DNA of 20,000 nucleotides. It comes from Catajapyx aquilonaris (taxonomy: Eukaryota). The notes below the pieces were generated by a model, which was given only the letters and a program-made list of their open reading frames with translations, did no database searches and was not told the DNA's origin. Shown here piece after piece: positions 1-12,133 of this stretch. The translations under genes were made by a program, and so were the position numbers. The stretch spans positions 50,991 through 70,990 of the forward strand of contig JYFJ02001738.1 of the NCBI GenBank assembly GCA_000934665.2. Direction: 5' to 3'. Positions within the stretch are counted from its first letter, which is position 1. Each line of letters starts with the position of its first letter.

Positions 1-17
1 CGAATATACCATTATCG

Positions 18-280
18 CGTCATACTGCTTACGACATTTCTGATGCGGCAGAAGTGCAAATAGAGTTGAGCCGGTGTGAGCCGTGCGAGTAAGAAGAGGT
101 AGGCCTTGAGTGACGTCACCGGCTTGAGGGAAATGGAGAAAAGGCTTGTTCCCAGCCAGTGACGTCACCCAAGGGCTACCATTTCTTACTCGCACGGCTC
201 GCACTCAATCACTTCGATTTGCACGTCTGTCGCATCGGAAAATGTCGCTAGCAGTATGACGGAATTAACGTCCAGCACTG
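18..280. mobile_element. Decayed foldback (MITE-like) element, Tc1/mariner-type right end; left terminus decayed or outside the window
   Basis: Long imperfect inverted repeat: 18-61 (cgtcatactgcttacgacatttctgatgcggcagaagtgcaaat) pairs with 217-261, and inner arms ~77-124 pair with ~154-203, each containing GTGACGTCAC. 270-280 (gtccagcactg) is the reverse complement of the Tc1-like terminus CAGTGCTGGAC. A subterminal block is shared with the element at 17732-17893. Confidence 0.75.
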
Positions 281-296
281 GACAAATACTACCGTA

Positions 297-409
297 CAGT
301 GCTGGACATATTAGCAGTCCCTAAAGATTTATTTTTTGGCATTGGCGGCGCTGACGTTACCTGGAAACTAAGTAAACATTATTAGGGACTGCTAATATGT
401 CCACCACTG
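297..409. mobile_element. 113-bp Tc1/mariner-type MITE
   Basis: TIRs cagtgctggacatattagcagtccctaa (297-324) and ttagggactgctaatatgtccaccactg (382-409), 1 mismatch in 28. TA on both sides (295-296, 410-411). CAGTGCTGG start resembles the Tc1 TIR. Confidence 0.88.
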
Positions 410-1419
410 TACTACAGTAGTTTCATTTATTCGCTCAAAAAATTAACTACAGGCCTGTCAAAATATTTGTGCAAAGTGCAGCATATTTTAACACCTATAG
501 CTAGGTTGTTCATGTACTGGAACGTTTCTGTAATAGAGTTGGAGATGGAGTCATCATCATTTTAAAAAAATTTAAAACAAAAAACAGGTATCGGTGAGCA
601 ATCTAGACTTCTGCCGACATACAATTTGCGCAAGCTTGCTGCTTCTGCCCTTGTCAATAAAATATCTTTCTAGTCATCGCCCGGTTCTAGGCCAGCGCCG
701 TTTCGGTTTTGGAAAAAGCCCGCAGTGACCAGCATCGGCCCCCATAGCGAATCAATAATTTCGCCACGTCCATCTACAATGTGAAATGACCAATATTTGT
801 GAGCACTTATGTACGTTATTGATTTTCCCTAGTTGTGCTCTCAAATGAACTAAAGCTGCAAAAAAGGCACGCACAAACCCTCCCCCTTTGCGTGTTTCTC
901 TATGCACGACACACGTCCTTTTTTTTTTTTTCTTTGCAAAAAGTTCCAAGTTCTAAGAGCACCACAGGGCTTCAATTTTCCTCATCAGTATGCTCCCGCT
1001 CAGAATATCGAATTCAAAGCGAACTAAGAGAACAATTTCAATAACACCTGCTGGTATCAAAACGACATAGTTTCCTGCCATCAGGTTAAGGCCAGGAATT
1101 TCCTACAAGGATCAATACCTTCCCTTGCAATGAACACAAGTGAAGTTATGCGAACCGTTAAGTTCTACATTGCAACTTTTCCTCCCCAGTCCCCACCCCT
1201 CAAACAAGCTTACCACACTATTTGCCAGCATAAATAGATAAGCAGCTTGGATAGTCACGATCCAACAACCACCAGCTTTTGTTCTTGAGTCAACCACACA
1301 CGTCACATGCTCTAGGTACCCCCCAAAAAAATCTACCATTTAAATCAATATAGTTGACCAGCCAGCACACTTTCAATTCAAACATCCGTGAGCTGTAATC
1401 AGATTAACAGTCAATATTT

Positions 1420-2255
1420 TGTTCCGACAATCCGGGTGGAAATGTGTGGACGCGCTGGGAGGGTTGGACCTGCAGGAATAATTCGCTTGTATTTGGTGGT
1501 CATCAAAGCAGAGCCATGTTCTAGTGTACTCTGAGGCCCAACTTCCTCTGGTCCTAATTGTGTTTCGTTCTCAGGAGAAAGAAAAGAGGCGGCTCCTAGG
1601 AAAACGAGCACAGATCTAATTTCAACGCGCCGTTAATTAGCGCCCGAGTCATACGTCACACCGCCAGATTTGGGGAGGGCCTCTTCCGTCTCTTCTCTGG
1701 CGCGAGTAATGGCCCTTTTCTCCGTCAGAGACCTGCGAGTTCCCCATTATTAGGGCCGTACGGTTGCGCAACCTAAAAAGGAAGAATCCCCTGGTGGGAT
1801 GGGATATATACACTCGCTTGCTAGAGACTTTAGCGGACTTTAGAGGGATCCGCTTATCCAGGAGGTCAGACTGAAGAAACCTAGCCCCATACGCGGTTGG
1901 TTCAACAGCTTTGCGGAAATCCGGTTGACAAGTGTGGAAAGCTTCACACCCCAGCCAGAACCAATCTACTCCATAATACGCTACCAGGCTTCTACACTAA
2001 CTCCTAACTCCTATCACATCAGTCTTATATTATGACCTCGTTACGGCCGGTGTTCTCTTCCTCTTGCTTTTGTAATCTTCTGGAAAAGAAATATTGTCGA
2101 TGGTATCCCTGTCTTGGTTGGACACTAACACGGGCTATGGCGTCATGTGCCAATAGGAGGCGTTGCTCTCTCTTATACCCTTTCCAGTCTGGCTTATGGC
2201 GGCCATATTGAGCGAATAAAACAGGTTACAGCTTGATTCTCGGTTACCTCGGACA
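1420..2255 (+). mobile_element. Possible LTR (solo or fragment)
   Basis: Starts TGTTCCGA and ends TCGGACA (imperfect TG...CA terminal inversion). TATA-like gatatataca at ~1803 and AATAAA at 2215-2220, about 35 nt before the end. No matching target-site duplication, PBS or PPT seen. Confidence 0.3.
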
Positions 2256-2809
2256 GTTGAAGTGTCGCAAAAAAAAAAATCATATTTCCTGTTGGTGGAC
2301 AAAGCGTGTCTAGCGCTTCAGCTGCAATTTATGAGTGCTGCAATGTACACGGACCGGCACTGTCATTACAAGTGGTCGAGTACTGCGCTACAAGTGTTTA
2401 TAGTGACTACTGGGTATCATTAATATTAATTAAAGTTACACAAGTCTAAAGCGCGCCTCATATTCACACCTGAAACTATAGTGTATGGTGCTGGGTGTTT
2501 GGAATGACAATTCGAGCTCTGTGTCATCAGCTAGTCGAGCCAGTCATCAAATATGGCGATTTTTCGATGGTATGTTCCAGTTTAGTTGCCGTTGCCTGAC
2601 CTGATCTCGCAAATGGAAGGCATGTGCAGTACTGTATGAACAAGTAGTATTATCCTGTGCATTATTCGGTATTCGATAAATCACTGTGGAATATTGGGTA
2701 TTACAGCCTGTAGAGTGTTCGAAAAACTATGGTGTATATAATCACAATTCCGGCTACATTATCAACATCTAGTTTCTACCTATACCATCGCGTCAGCGTC
2801 AGGTTTTCA

Positions 2810-2926
2810 AGTACTGATGACATAATCCGAAGAAAATTCCAATATTGCAGAAAGTTTCGAATTGGCGGTAATGAGCTCAAGAGTTGTTCCTCTTCCTGGA
2901 GGTTGGTTAATCTTTGCGCGCAGTGC
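2810..2926 (-). pseudogene. Possible decayed LINE AP-endonuclease fragment
   Basis: Minus-strand translation ALRAKINQPPGRGTTLELITANSKLSAILEFSSDY resembles the LINE endonuclease motif series NQPTRG..TLDL..TN...SDH, with key residues altered. Short and possibly chance. Confidence 0.25.
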
Positions 2927-3588
2927 TAATTTCTAGGAGCTGCTTGATTACTGCACAAAATCTTACTCGTGCAGAAATAGTGTATTATATAAGTTACCAT
3001 GGACATTTTGCGACGAGGCAACCAAGACATGCACGTATAGATGTTGTTCCTGTAATCTGACAATTAAAAGTTTGCGGAGTATACTTGAGACAAAAGGGTG
3101 CATATTCATACATGATCAAAATTGATTTATGCCGATCGCATGATTGTATACCGCTACAGAAGTGTAATTACACTACTATTAATCTGGATGACCGAGTCAC
3201 ACCCGCATACATCAAAACTAGATCGACCCGCCGTCATGACAGGGGCTATAGACTATAGTCCCTATTGTGTCCCCTACAACGCATGGCTACCAATATTGGA
3301 TGTACTGATAAAGTTGGGGGGGAAATAAGTCTAATAAGATAAATTCTGAATCTGTCTAAAAATTGTTTTCATTATTTCGTACTGATTATCTCAAATTGGA
3401 TGAGACTATCAAAACATTACTGTATAAGTTACCTTCATATGTGTATAGCGAAAGTGGTATCAACAACATGTTCATTACATTGTACAGGACTCAAATATGC
3501 TATAGTGTTGTACACTATAATTTCCCACAAGGGACAAAATTATTACGAAATTAATGTGTTTTTTTATCAAACAATCGAACATAATGTA

Positions 3589-3718
3589 CTATGGGGGCTC
3601 AAATTTATCCTGGTCTTGAAGCAACCCTTCACACAGACACACTTGCTCACCGTGGGGCCTGTGCGAAGGGTTGCTTCAAGACCAGGATAAAGTGGCCAAA
3701 ACCATTTGAGCCCCATAG
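3589..3718. mobile_element. TA-flanked foldback MITE (core family shared with 15556-15697)
   Basis: Outer TIR ctatggg(g)gctcaaat / atttgagccccatag. Inner arms tttatcctggtcttgaagcaacccttc (3604-3630) / gaagggttgcttcaagaccaggataaa (3665-3691). The left arm lacks ~13 nt (ggttttggccact). TA at 3587-3588 and 3719-3720. Confidence 0.88.
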
Positions 3719-3730
3719 TACAGTACTGTA

Positions 3731-3891
3731 CAGTAGTATCGCTCAAGGCCATAAAATGCAATGAGAAATCACAAACAAGCTGTTATTTGTAGAAATGTCC
3801 CTAATTTCATATTGGTTTAAATGTGCATTAAATGATTCTCTGGCCATGAGTTAATCCAATAAGTTTTTCTGATTCTTGACGAAACACCCTG
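3731..3891. mobile_element. Possible decayed mariner-type MITE
   Basis: Right end gaaacaccctg|ta (3881-3893) is the reverse complement of the common mariner-MITE terminus TA|CAGGGTGTTTC. The candidate left end (ta|cagtagtatcgctcaag) matches only loosely. Confidence 0.3.
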
Positions 3892-4110
3892 TATTACTGT
3901 ACTTGACAGAGGATTTGTAAAACTTAGTTCATTTCCTCAAGAGCGATCCCAATACGTGAAATTTTTCTTCCAACTCGCTGCAGACTATAAATACCTACCA
4001 TTTACATACTGTATAAGCTATAAGTTGTAGGACAATGAAACCTCATTATAAACTTCAGCAGCATTGCAAGAGTTACAGTAATACCACACAGCATTTCAAC
4101 ATATATTCTA

Positions 4111-4129
4111 TCTCTCTCTCTCTCTCTCT
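4111..4129 (+). repeat. (TC)9 microsatellite
   Basis: tctctctctctctctctct read directly. Confidence 0.95.
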
Positions 4130-4255
4130 GCAAATATGATTGGCACACATTTGTTCAGACCACAAAATACCAGTTTTACTGTCGCCTAATACCCACTGAG
4201 AAAATACTCTCAGCAGTTATAGCAACACAACACTTTGTCTGGGCATGTGGGCGAG

Positions 4256-4296
4256 GAATTTGTCAGAAAAGAGCTCCCCTCTTTTCTGACAAATTC
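4256..4296. repeat. Perfect 18-bp inverted repeat with 5-nt loop
   Basis: gaatttgtcagaaaagag (4256-4273), loop ctccc, ctcttttctgacaaattc (4279-4296). Confidence 0.95.
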
Positions 4297-4455
4297 GTAA
4301 TATTTCAAGGAAAAATATGGCCCGTACATTGCGCATCATCCAGCTAAGGGGTACTTTTTGCAAAATGCTCAGTAATAATGAGCACATTTGATAAAGCAAA
4401 CTATATGAACGCAAACAGCCGGAATGGCCCGAAAAAATCCCCTTGAGGAACAGAG

Positions 4456-4970
4456 TGTAGCGGTAACAAGCCAGTGCACCCTTTTTAAATATTCATTTGG
4501 TCGGATCTAGCCAAAGTTCCAGGGCATAAGCTTTTGCAAATGAAGCCCGCAAAAATCCCCTGTCAAAGACGCCGATCTTTCAGCCCAGCAACTCCGGTCC
4601 ACTGAAAGGAGGTCTCAGGATGTCTCCACCCCCTTGCCTAATTGCTTCCTTAGACATATAGATGGCGCCCAAATCAATTGGAAGATGCCTGAGAGAAGGT
4701 AATAATGATTGCCAAGCCCTAGGGCTAGCCTTGTTATATATCGTTCCTCAGGTTCCGTTGTAAACTGAATCCGCTTGGAGGGCCGAGCAAAGTGAACCCC
4801 ACTGCTAATCGGTTTTGTTACACAGTTGAAGGGAGATTCCCGTGGACTATATTCCGCCCAAAGCTCACTTTGCTGCACTATCAGTCCAAGTGACGATAAG
4901 ATCATTATAATATAAGCACTGCATGAAACCCGTACTTCCCTCACCCAACTAATGAACCCGCAGAATTACA
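4456..4970 (-). mobile_element. 3' LTR of a Gypsy-like retrotransposon (515 bp)
   Basis: On the minus strand it starts TGTAA immediately after the polypurine tract GAGGGGGGA (plus 4971-4979) and ends CTACA, giving TGTA...TACA termini. Internal TATATAA at plus ~4734-4740. An integrase-like remnant lies upstream. Confidence 0.6.
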
Positions 4971-5460
4971 TCCCCCCTCAGAAATCCCAGCCCTTCCATA
5001 AAGTTATTCACGTAATGAAGCACATTTAGGTGTTCCAGCTCCCTAGAAACGGCCGACAATTACACTACGGCCACCCAGGACAAGTTGTCCTGCCCCTGAC
5101 CCATGCTGCAACCCGGAGGATGCGGGCCCCCTGGTTTTCCTTATGGCATCAACCAGTCTTAATGGAAGGCTGTAACTTGATGCAAAGTATTCCAGGGACC
5201 ATTAAACTCGAAATGGATTAGCATATAAAGCTATGAACTTGGGTCCCGCCTACTGAATGAGAGGGGTATCGTTTTCAGACAACTAAATTAGCATGGACGC
5301 TCTCGTTATTCAAGGCTCATATTTCATGGATGCCATTCTCTCGTTATACTGTCGATTAAGCAAAAGGCATGCGCCCAGGCCCAACATTTGACAGCGGTGC
5401 ATTCGCTTTAATTGCGAACAAGTAAGGCTTAGGGCTGCAAAAGCCGGCTGAAGCGACTCC
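4971..5460 (-). pseudogene. Decayed Gypsy-type integrase C-terminal remnant plus polypurine tract
   Basis: Minus-strand translation with stops and a frameshift gives SAGFCSPKPYLFAIKANAPL (cf. TG.SP..LLFGR...PL), then NLVV*KRYP and PKFIALYANPFRV (cf. GPY/F module GDLV.....KL..RY.GPF.V), in the expected order before the PPT and LTR. Confidence 0.45.
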
Positions 5461-8400
5461 GACAAAACGCTGTTCCTCATTAGGTCTAGTTTTACTATTC
5501 CGAAAGTGGCCTTTTACCCTGCCGAGACCCGCTTAATGACTCTTTATCCAATAAAGGTCATTAGGCCTTTCTCATTGATACGTTAGATTTACAACTGCTG
5601 CTCTGGTACTGAATTGGTGTAATTGCAGCATACTCGGATGTCCTGAACCACTCTTACCTACACCAAAAGTCACCCACTGGCCAATGGAAAAATCGTGTTA
5701 GCCAAGATGGATATTGCTCAAGTGGGCTCCATTTTCTTGACACTTGAAAGAAACTCGGAAACTTGAATATAGCATGTACTTTTTTTTCTCATACTGTAGC
5801 TGGTGTAATTTCACCGTGCATGTGCTATGGTGCACAAAGTCTGCGATGAAGGCCTATAACGCGTTGCGATTATTTTTAATTCATGACCTCACGGTACTCT
5901 TGCTGGTCAATTAGAGTAATTTGAAATTGTGAAAGCACTTTGTGGGACACGTAATGGACTGTGATTTATCCCTCCGCACAAATCCTCTTCCTGATAGTTG
6001 GCATCCACAAGCAAAGCTCAACCGCAATAATGCCTGTGGGATTGCCGCGGATTAAATTCCAGCTGCTACACAAATGTTTGAGCCACGAATTTTTGGGACT
6101 AAAATTAAATTATACGGGGTAATCGTAAGTCTCTTTAGTCTGCACTGTATGACACAAATACTGGGGAGAATCCCCCCCAAACAGCCACTGTTAACTTGCC
6201 TAAATGTGGTAGTTAACCGGGAAAATAGTATCATCCGAAGTAGGTGATGCTACAAAAATGTTGGACGCCGCTTTCTCTCTAGACTATATTGTAGTGCTAC
6301 TATAGTGCATTGTCATGTGAAAAAGCTAGCTGATTGGACAGACGGGGTCACGTATAGGAAATTTTTGGCCTCACGTCACGGGACAAATTTTGCTCCCGGA
6401 CATGCGTATTAGCAAAACAAAAATATCCGGTACAGTACACGTTGCCCATTCCGGCACATGACAATGACTTGGACACACAGCAACATGGGTAAACACGGTG
6501 TCACCACAACATGTGTGTGGATGGCCTGTCCACCTTCCAACCTTCTTGGCATGGACACCCAAGCGTGAAAATCGTCCCCATTGCGTCGCATCTGTCTGGG
6601 ACGTCCACTTGGACCCCATCCCCTTAGCAACAACCCTCATAAGTGTGGTCTAGGAATTACCTTAGTCGCATCCAATCGGCCCGCACCTTCCATTTGTGTT
6701 CCGAGAAGCAAACAGCACATAATGTGATTTGGTCCCCATCTTTTTCCGCCAAGGGGGATTATAAATGTTGGCCGCTTCTTCTTCCTTGCACTTTTGGAAA
6801 GGAAAAAGTATGGTCGGTAGGCTACGTGCACTCCATTACATCGATTGTCTGCCTGCGAACCAGGGACACAAAGCCCCTTTCTTCATCGGACAGCGAATTC
6901 AACTTGCGCGACTATTTATGTGCACCTGTTCGCCTATCTTCCCAGCACGATACGCCAGCTTTATTTTCCTAAGGAGAGTAGCTGCATTAAGACATGCTGG
7001 AGGAAACAAAAGGGGGAGGGGACTAGAGGCAATGCGCAATATTCTGCCGGTAATTATATTGCGCCTGAATGCAGCTGTTTCTGTTGTCAAGTCCTTACTG
7101 TAACAGCGTGCAGGTATGTGGGAACAATGTGGGAGCAACCAGGCATGCCCACTTCACATGTGACACTGATTACACGATGTCGAAAACTAGTAATTAATTG
7201 GGTACCCCAGCACGATCAAACGCCACCGATAATCTAAATTAATAACATTAATATGTGGGGAGGCGCATCAGTCCTGTGAAATCAGTTTTGCGGTTGCATA
7301 TGCACGTAAAAACAGCATTAACGTCCACAGTTTTTTTCACTTTCGTCCAATCCACATACTCTTATTCAGCACACTCGTTGCCTCTCCAGCATACTGGTAT
7401 GCAACTCGCCTATACCGTGGGTATAATTTTTTTAAATGTTGAGGCCATACCGTGTGTATCAGAATTTGTTGAACTTTCGTGAACCGCCTAGTAATATAGA
7501 ATCAATAGTGTCAACCTGTGACGTAATGTTAAATAGGGACATGTAATCTCTCTGACGTGGAGACAAGATTTGTCAAATCCTTCCTGTACCTATAGTGGCT
7601 CTGCTTCCGACGGGCACAATGAAGGAGCAACTTTCCAATTCCCTCCCCTTTCCTCTCCTGTCCCCATCTCTTCTTCTTCTTCTTTTTTTGCCACTTTTTA
7701 TTGGTCTTCCAAAACGGCTTTCGCGCTTTCCAATTTCCGCCCCGGCCTTTCCCATGATTTGCAGTTATATTCCCTGAACTTACCCATTCATGGCTCTCTT
7801 GTCGTAATTGATTTATCGAACGATTTATCCGCGGTTCTTCCGCGGCGACATGTTTGTGTATGTTTACCTATCTGCAGCCTGTGGGGCACTCTCCTCGCGA
7901 AAGAGATAGAGGGAAGATTTGTTTCCCATTCTGGCTTGGGACCAATCTAATCTACTGCGGACTCGCCCAGCCTCGGGTCCTTTTCCATTCTTTTTTTTTT
8001 TGCCAACCCCCCCCCCTCCCCCATTGCTGGGGGTCCTCCACATGTACATGATCCCAAAGGCTCTGGTGCTTTAATTATGATTGACGAATCTTCCAGAAAC
8101 ACCATCATTTCCCCCGCAAAACAGGCTTCATAGCGAATCCCCAAGATTTTGGTTGTGGCAAATTCGTCACGGACGGACGGATCCTCTTAACCATGGCAAT
8201 TCCATAAAAGTAGAAGACGAGCCCTCCCCTCCTCCCACTTGAGAGAGGAGGGTAGTAGAAGATACTCTGAGCCTTACTGGTGCATCCATCAACGTCGTCG
8301 CCAGCCATTCCCATCTGGCTCATTTTAAAACGCTGTGAGCCTTCCATCTGGACAGGTCCACAATGGCGACGCGAGCTTCCAGTCAAATTGCCCCTCGCAG

Positions 8401-11400
8401 ATAGCGCCACTCTCTTGGGGGGTCGAAGGGGGAGAAGAAGCCGCCATCAGATTCCACTCCCTCCCCGCCTTTTCCTCCTCAGACTCTCCCCAGGCACCGC
8501 ACTCAATTCTCTCCAGAAAAGTGTTTTGAATTGCATCAATACCATATGAAACCGTTTCTGCAGCCGTCTGCACCGCTGTCTGGACCCGTTTTCTGGAAAT
8601 TCAAGGCAGCTGCTGGTGCCGCAATGCATATTCATGCCTGCAAAATTATATATCCGCGTGCTTCTTTTCAGCCTCAGCTCCGGAAAAGTTAACTGTAGCC
8701 GAAATAGTTTTCCATAAAATTATGCTCTGTACTTTCAGTTCTGCCTTCCCAGGTACGGATCAAAGGAAAATTTCTTTTCAGGGCGAACCGGGCTTTAGAG
8801 TGCGTTTTGTATAATTCAGAGGGGGATATATAGACGTATCTCTTGGTTAAAATGAATAAAATTGAGTGTTTTTCAATGTTGGAACGGATGATGGTGGGGA
8901 TGAGATGATGGAAAGTCAGGTTTTCTCTCCCAAAAAATTTAAATCCCCAATTTTGAACAGTTCTTTGACTCGTAAAACCCAACCGGCGGAATTGTTCGCT
9001 GCTCCGAATATTAATTCCGCCCTCTGGAAGAAACCGATATTAGCAATTTCCGCCATGCTTCTAGACATTACGAGAAAAAAAAATCCCGTACAGTGAAAGG
9101 TAAAGAGTCTTCGAAGCGTTTCATAACGATCAGTAAATCTGGAAGCACCTCTCACCTCCATTAAGAAAAAAGAGCAGCGCACAACGGAAACGCTCTGTCG
9201 TCTCATACAGCCAATTTCCTGAAACACAAAGTCTGGCCTTTGATGGGCCACTTCAAGTGCAAAATCTCTTATAGAGAGAAGACGGGCCCGGTTCCTACAC
9301 CATTCTGGTCGCCACGATGTTCCTTGCCTCGTCTTGGCTTCATTTTGTAGATCAGACCAAAAGGCACGGGGTAATGGATCCCTTCCGGTGCTGCCACAAA
9401 CGAACTCTAGGCCAGCAAACCGAATTTAGGATCTTCTTTTCTTCTTCTTTCCTCAGCCTCAGCAGAGAGAGAAAAGGATAAGAAAAAAAGGCCTCAAGAA
9501 CTATACGTATGCACCTATCTCAGTGGGTATAGAAATGTTCTATGCTCGACTGAGCCCGACTATTTAAATTGCAAACCTTCCTGAAAGCTCCTTCCCTCAA
9601 GCTACAATAAGGAAGCTGATTGCTTTCTTATGAAAAACCAGACGTTGGAAGAATATTTCTTTCCCAATATTCTTACATGGGAATTCTACATGCGGGTGTG
9701 TCGAATACTAATGAAAGAAATTTCCATCTAAAGTGGGTTCAAGCCGGCAAGTTTAATACGGATTCGGTGGATTATTTGAATCGAGTCAACCGTTCCGACT
9801 TTGTCTCGTACCAATCGTGTTTATATTCAGTCAAACTGCGTGAAAGCTCATATAGGCAAAGGTGACAAACTGGGCAGCCTTGCAAATGTTAGCTGATACA
9901 AGCGACCTCATTGCGGCCATGGCTGAAGCAACCATATTCCTTATGCAAACTGCACTACACTGTACAGTACAACACCCACTACCTACTGGAAATATATGCA
10001 TCCGAAACGTATGCAAAATACTGCAAAGGTATTGAAATTTGATTTTTTTTTGCCCAATTCCCTACGCCTTTCAATACCTGCAAAAATCGGTTCCAAAAAA
10101 AGGGGCGCCGTGGACAAGTTGCACCCCTCCCATGTTATTATGCGGCAGGAACCACGCCATTAACCTAGTGACGACCAAAAAAAAAATCATCCCCGCTGGC
10201 TTCAAAGCGACGTAATTTCCAAAATTGGCTCAAGTCGGAAATAAGCGGTACCTGGACCCCTGCGAAGTGACTTCGAAAACAATGCGCCGTGGTGATTATT
10301 TCAACTTGTCCGGCTCGCCCCCGAGATTTGGCATCGGTTCACACAACGATAACACCGAATAATCCATAACCGGAACTTGGAGGAGCGGTTTTCATTAGCA
10401 GTAAACGCCCCTCCTGTTTGGCCTCCCCCCCCCCTTCTCTAGTCAATATCTGTGGTTCCTGGTAATGCCTCCGCCTCCCTCTACACCACCTTAATGAAAA
10501 GGGAAGTTCGATGGCAACCGGATAACGGCAAATAGCCCACAAGTTGATAGCTATTCTGTTCTCGTCCCATTGAAACAAATACTATGTGCAAACACTAGCG
10601 GCTGTGCTGCTGGTATAAGGAGTGGTGCACACAAAGGCACCGAGTGGAAATTATTATATCCCCAACCTCCCTCTGCAGAGTGCCACTTTCTTTGCTCTTT
10701 TTTTAAAAAAATGTAAGAAAAAAGGGGGCAAAGATAGCAGGTTATTCCGCCTAGCCTATTCTTACTGGCCCACAAATTTAGGTAAACGATTATTTTCCTC
10801 TCGAAATTTCTGCTCCGAAAGCTCATGCCGAGCTCTGGTTATGGTCCATAAAAATAAAACACCGCTCCTCCGCTGCCCAGACTCACACTCTATTCCCTCC
10901 TATTATCATATTTCTTCTATTTTTCCAGCCTCTTCATGTCCTGCTTTTTTTCCCCTCCTCCTCCTCCTCTATACAAAGATAAGGACCGGAGGTGCCGCCG
11001 CAGCAGGCAAGAATGCCCGAGATGTGGAGAGAATGGCAACATTTTTGCGAAAAACCATTCGTTTCCACTCAAGTGACAATGCTGCCGTTGACAAAAGTGG
11101 GACAAGGGCACACTACACACACATTTCCATGTCTACACCCTCTGTGGAATATAAGGCTAGTGTAAAAAAAAAAATTGTACGTGCAGGCGGGTCCCACCTC
11201 AACAAATATAGAAAAAAATAGCACTCACTTTGTAGCATCGGAGATGGAAAATTGCCTGCTGGATTCCCAAATTTCAACTAACGCATGTTAGCAAATATTT
11301 GATGATTCGTCCTAAAAGTTTCCGGTCAAACATACTAATTAGCCATCATTAAGTATCCTCTCTGGCCGCGAACGAAAGCATTTTTCTCGCTCCTACTGCA

Positions 11401-12022
11401 AGTTCCACACTGGCTTTTTTCCGATCGATGCACGTCGTAGAGTTTACTTTTCCATTACACACCTGAAAAACGGTCCTTCCCTTCTAGCTTCCGTCATACA
11501 GCTAACCCCTCCTTCCACAAAACAAACGTTTCCTTCCATATTTCACTTTATGGCAAATAGTCTCAGGCGTCTTGCCAATGAAGCTATACATCACAAGTGA
11601 CGTTTACGCAGACGAATTCATTCCTGAAATATGAGGTTTTCCACCACTGATAGCGTTTCTCATGGCTGGCCCTTTTCTAACTGTGTGCACTTTGATTTGA
11701 ACGCTATTTGAAAGTGTAAAAAGCATACCCCCACTAGCAAAGGCTCACCACCACTTTGCTTAATGGTGCGCCCAAGAAAACCACTCGCACTTTGCGAATC
11801 CCCACGTCGAACTAATTTCTAACTACCGCAGTAGCAAAACTCCATAGCAATGAGAAACTTGTCGTATTTGTGAGCCTCAATTTCACTGAAAGCAAACCTT
11901 TGCCTTCTCCCATACAGGATGGTACAAAAAAAACCATCTTGGACGAAACCAAAAAAAATGACATGCAATGGTGCCACTGGCAAATCACGCGAGCGTGATT
12001 CGAGTAGACTTTATCTCATTGC

Positions 12023-12133
12023 GCAGTGGGAAATGAGACTGACAACTTTGTTGAAAACGATACGATACGACACGATGCGATTCTAACTGGATAACAATGG
12101 CATTATAATGTTGTCAGTCTCATTTCCTGCTGC
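12023..12133. repeat. 24-bp inverted repeat enclosing an ACGAT pentamer run (small MITE-like unit inside the HINE)
   Basis: gcagtgggaaatgagactgacaac (12023-12046) / gttgtcagtctcatttcctgctgc (12110-12133), 22 of 24 matching. Internal acgatacgatacgacacgatgcgat. No target-site duplication found. Confidence 0.7.

Noticed and set aside
4995..5025. LHYVNNF on the minus strand resembling an RT HYLDDF motif
   Set aside because: Both catalytic Asp residues are missing and no other RT motifs are nearby; its position just before the PPT fits an integrase tail or 3' UTR better.
6340..6620. ggacaaattttgctcccggaca-type motifs suggesting a subterminally repetitive DNA element
   Set aside because: I could not define paired termini or a target-site duplication.
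8689..8982. GRENLTFHHLIP peptide resembling the start of an HNH nuclease motif
   Set aside because: The flanking CxxC pairs and the downstream Asn/His residues are absent, so the match is likely coincidental.
7570..9500. Dense overlapping ORFs on both strands suggesting a viral or retroelement gene
   Set aside because: No frame gave a recognisable domain; the ORFs are short and broken by homopolymer runs.
10622..11221. Longest ORF (199 aa, plus strand)
   Set aside because: Non-ATG start, runs through homopolymer and (CCT)n low-complexity tracts, and has no recognisable domain; consistent with a chance ORF.
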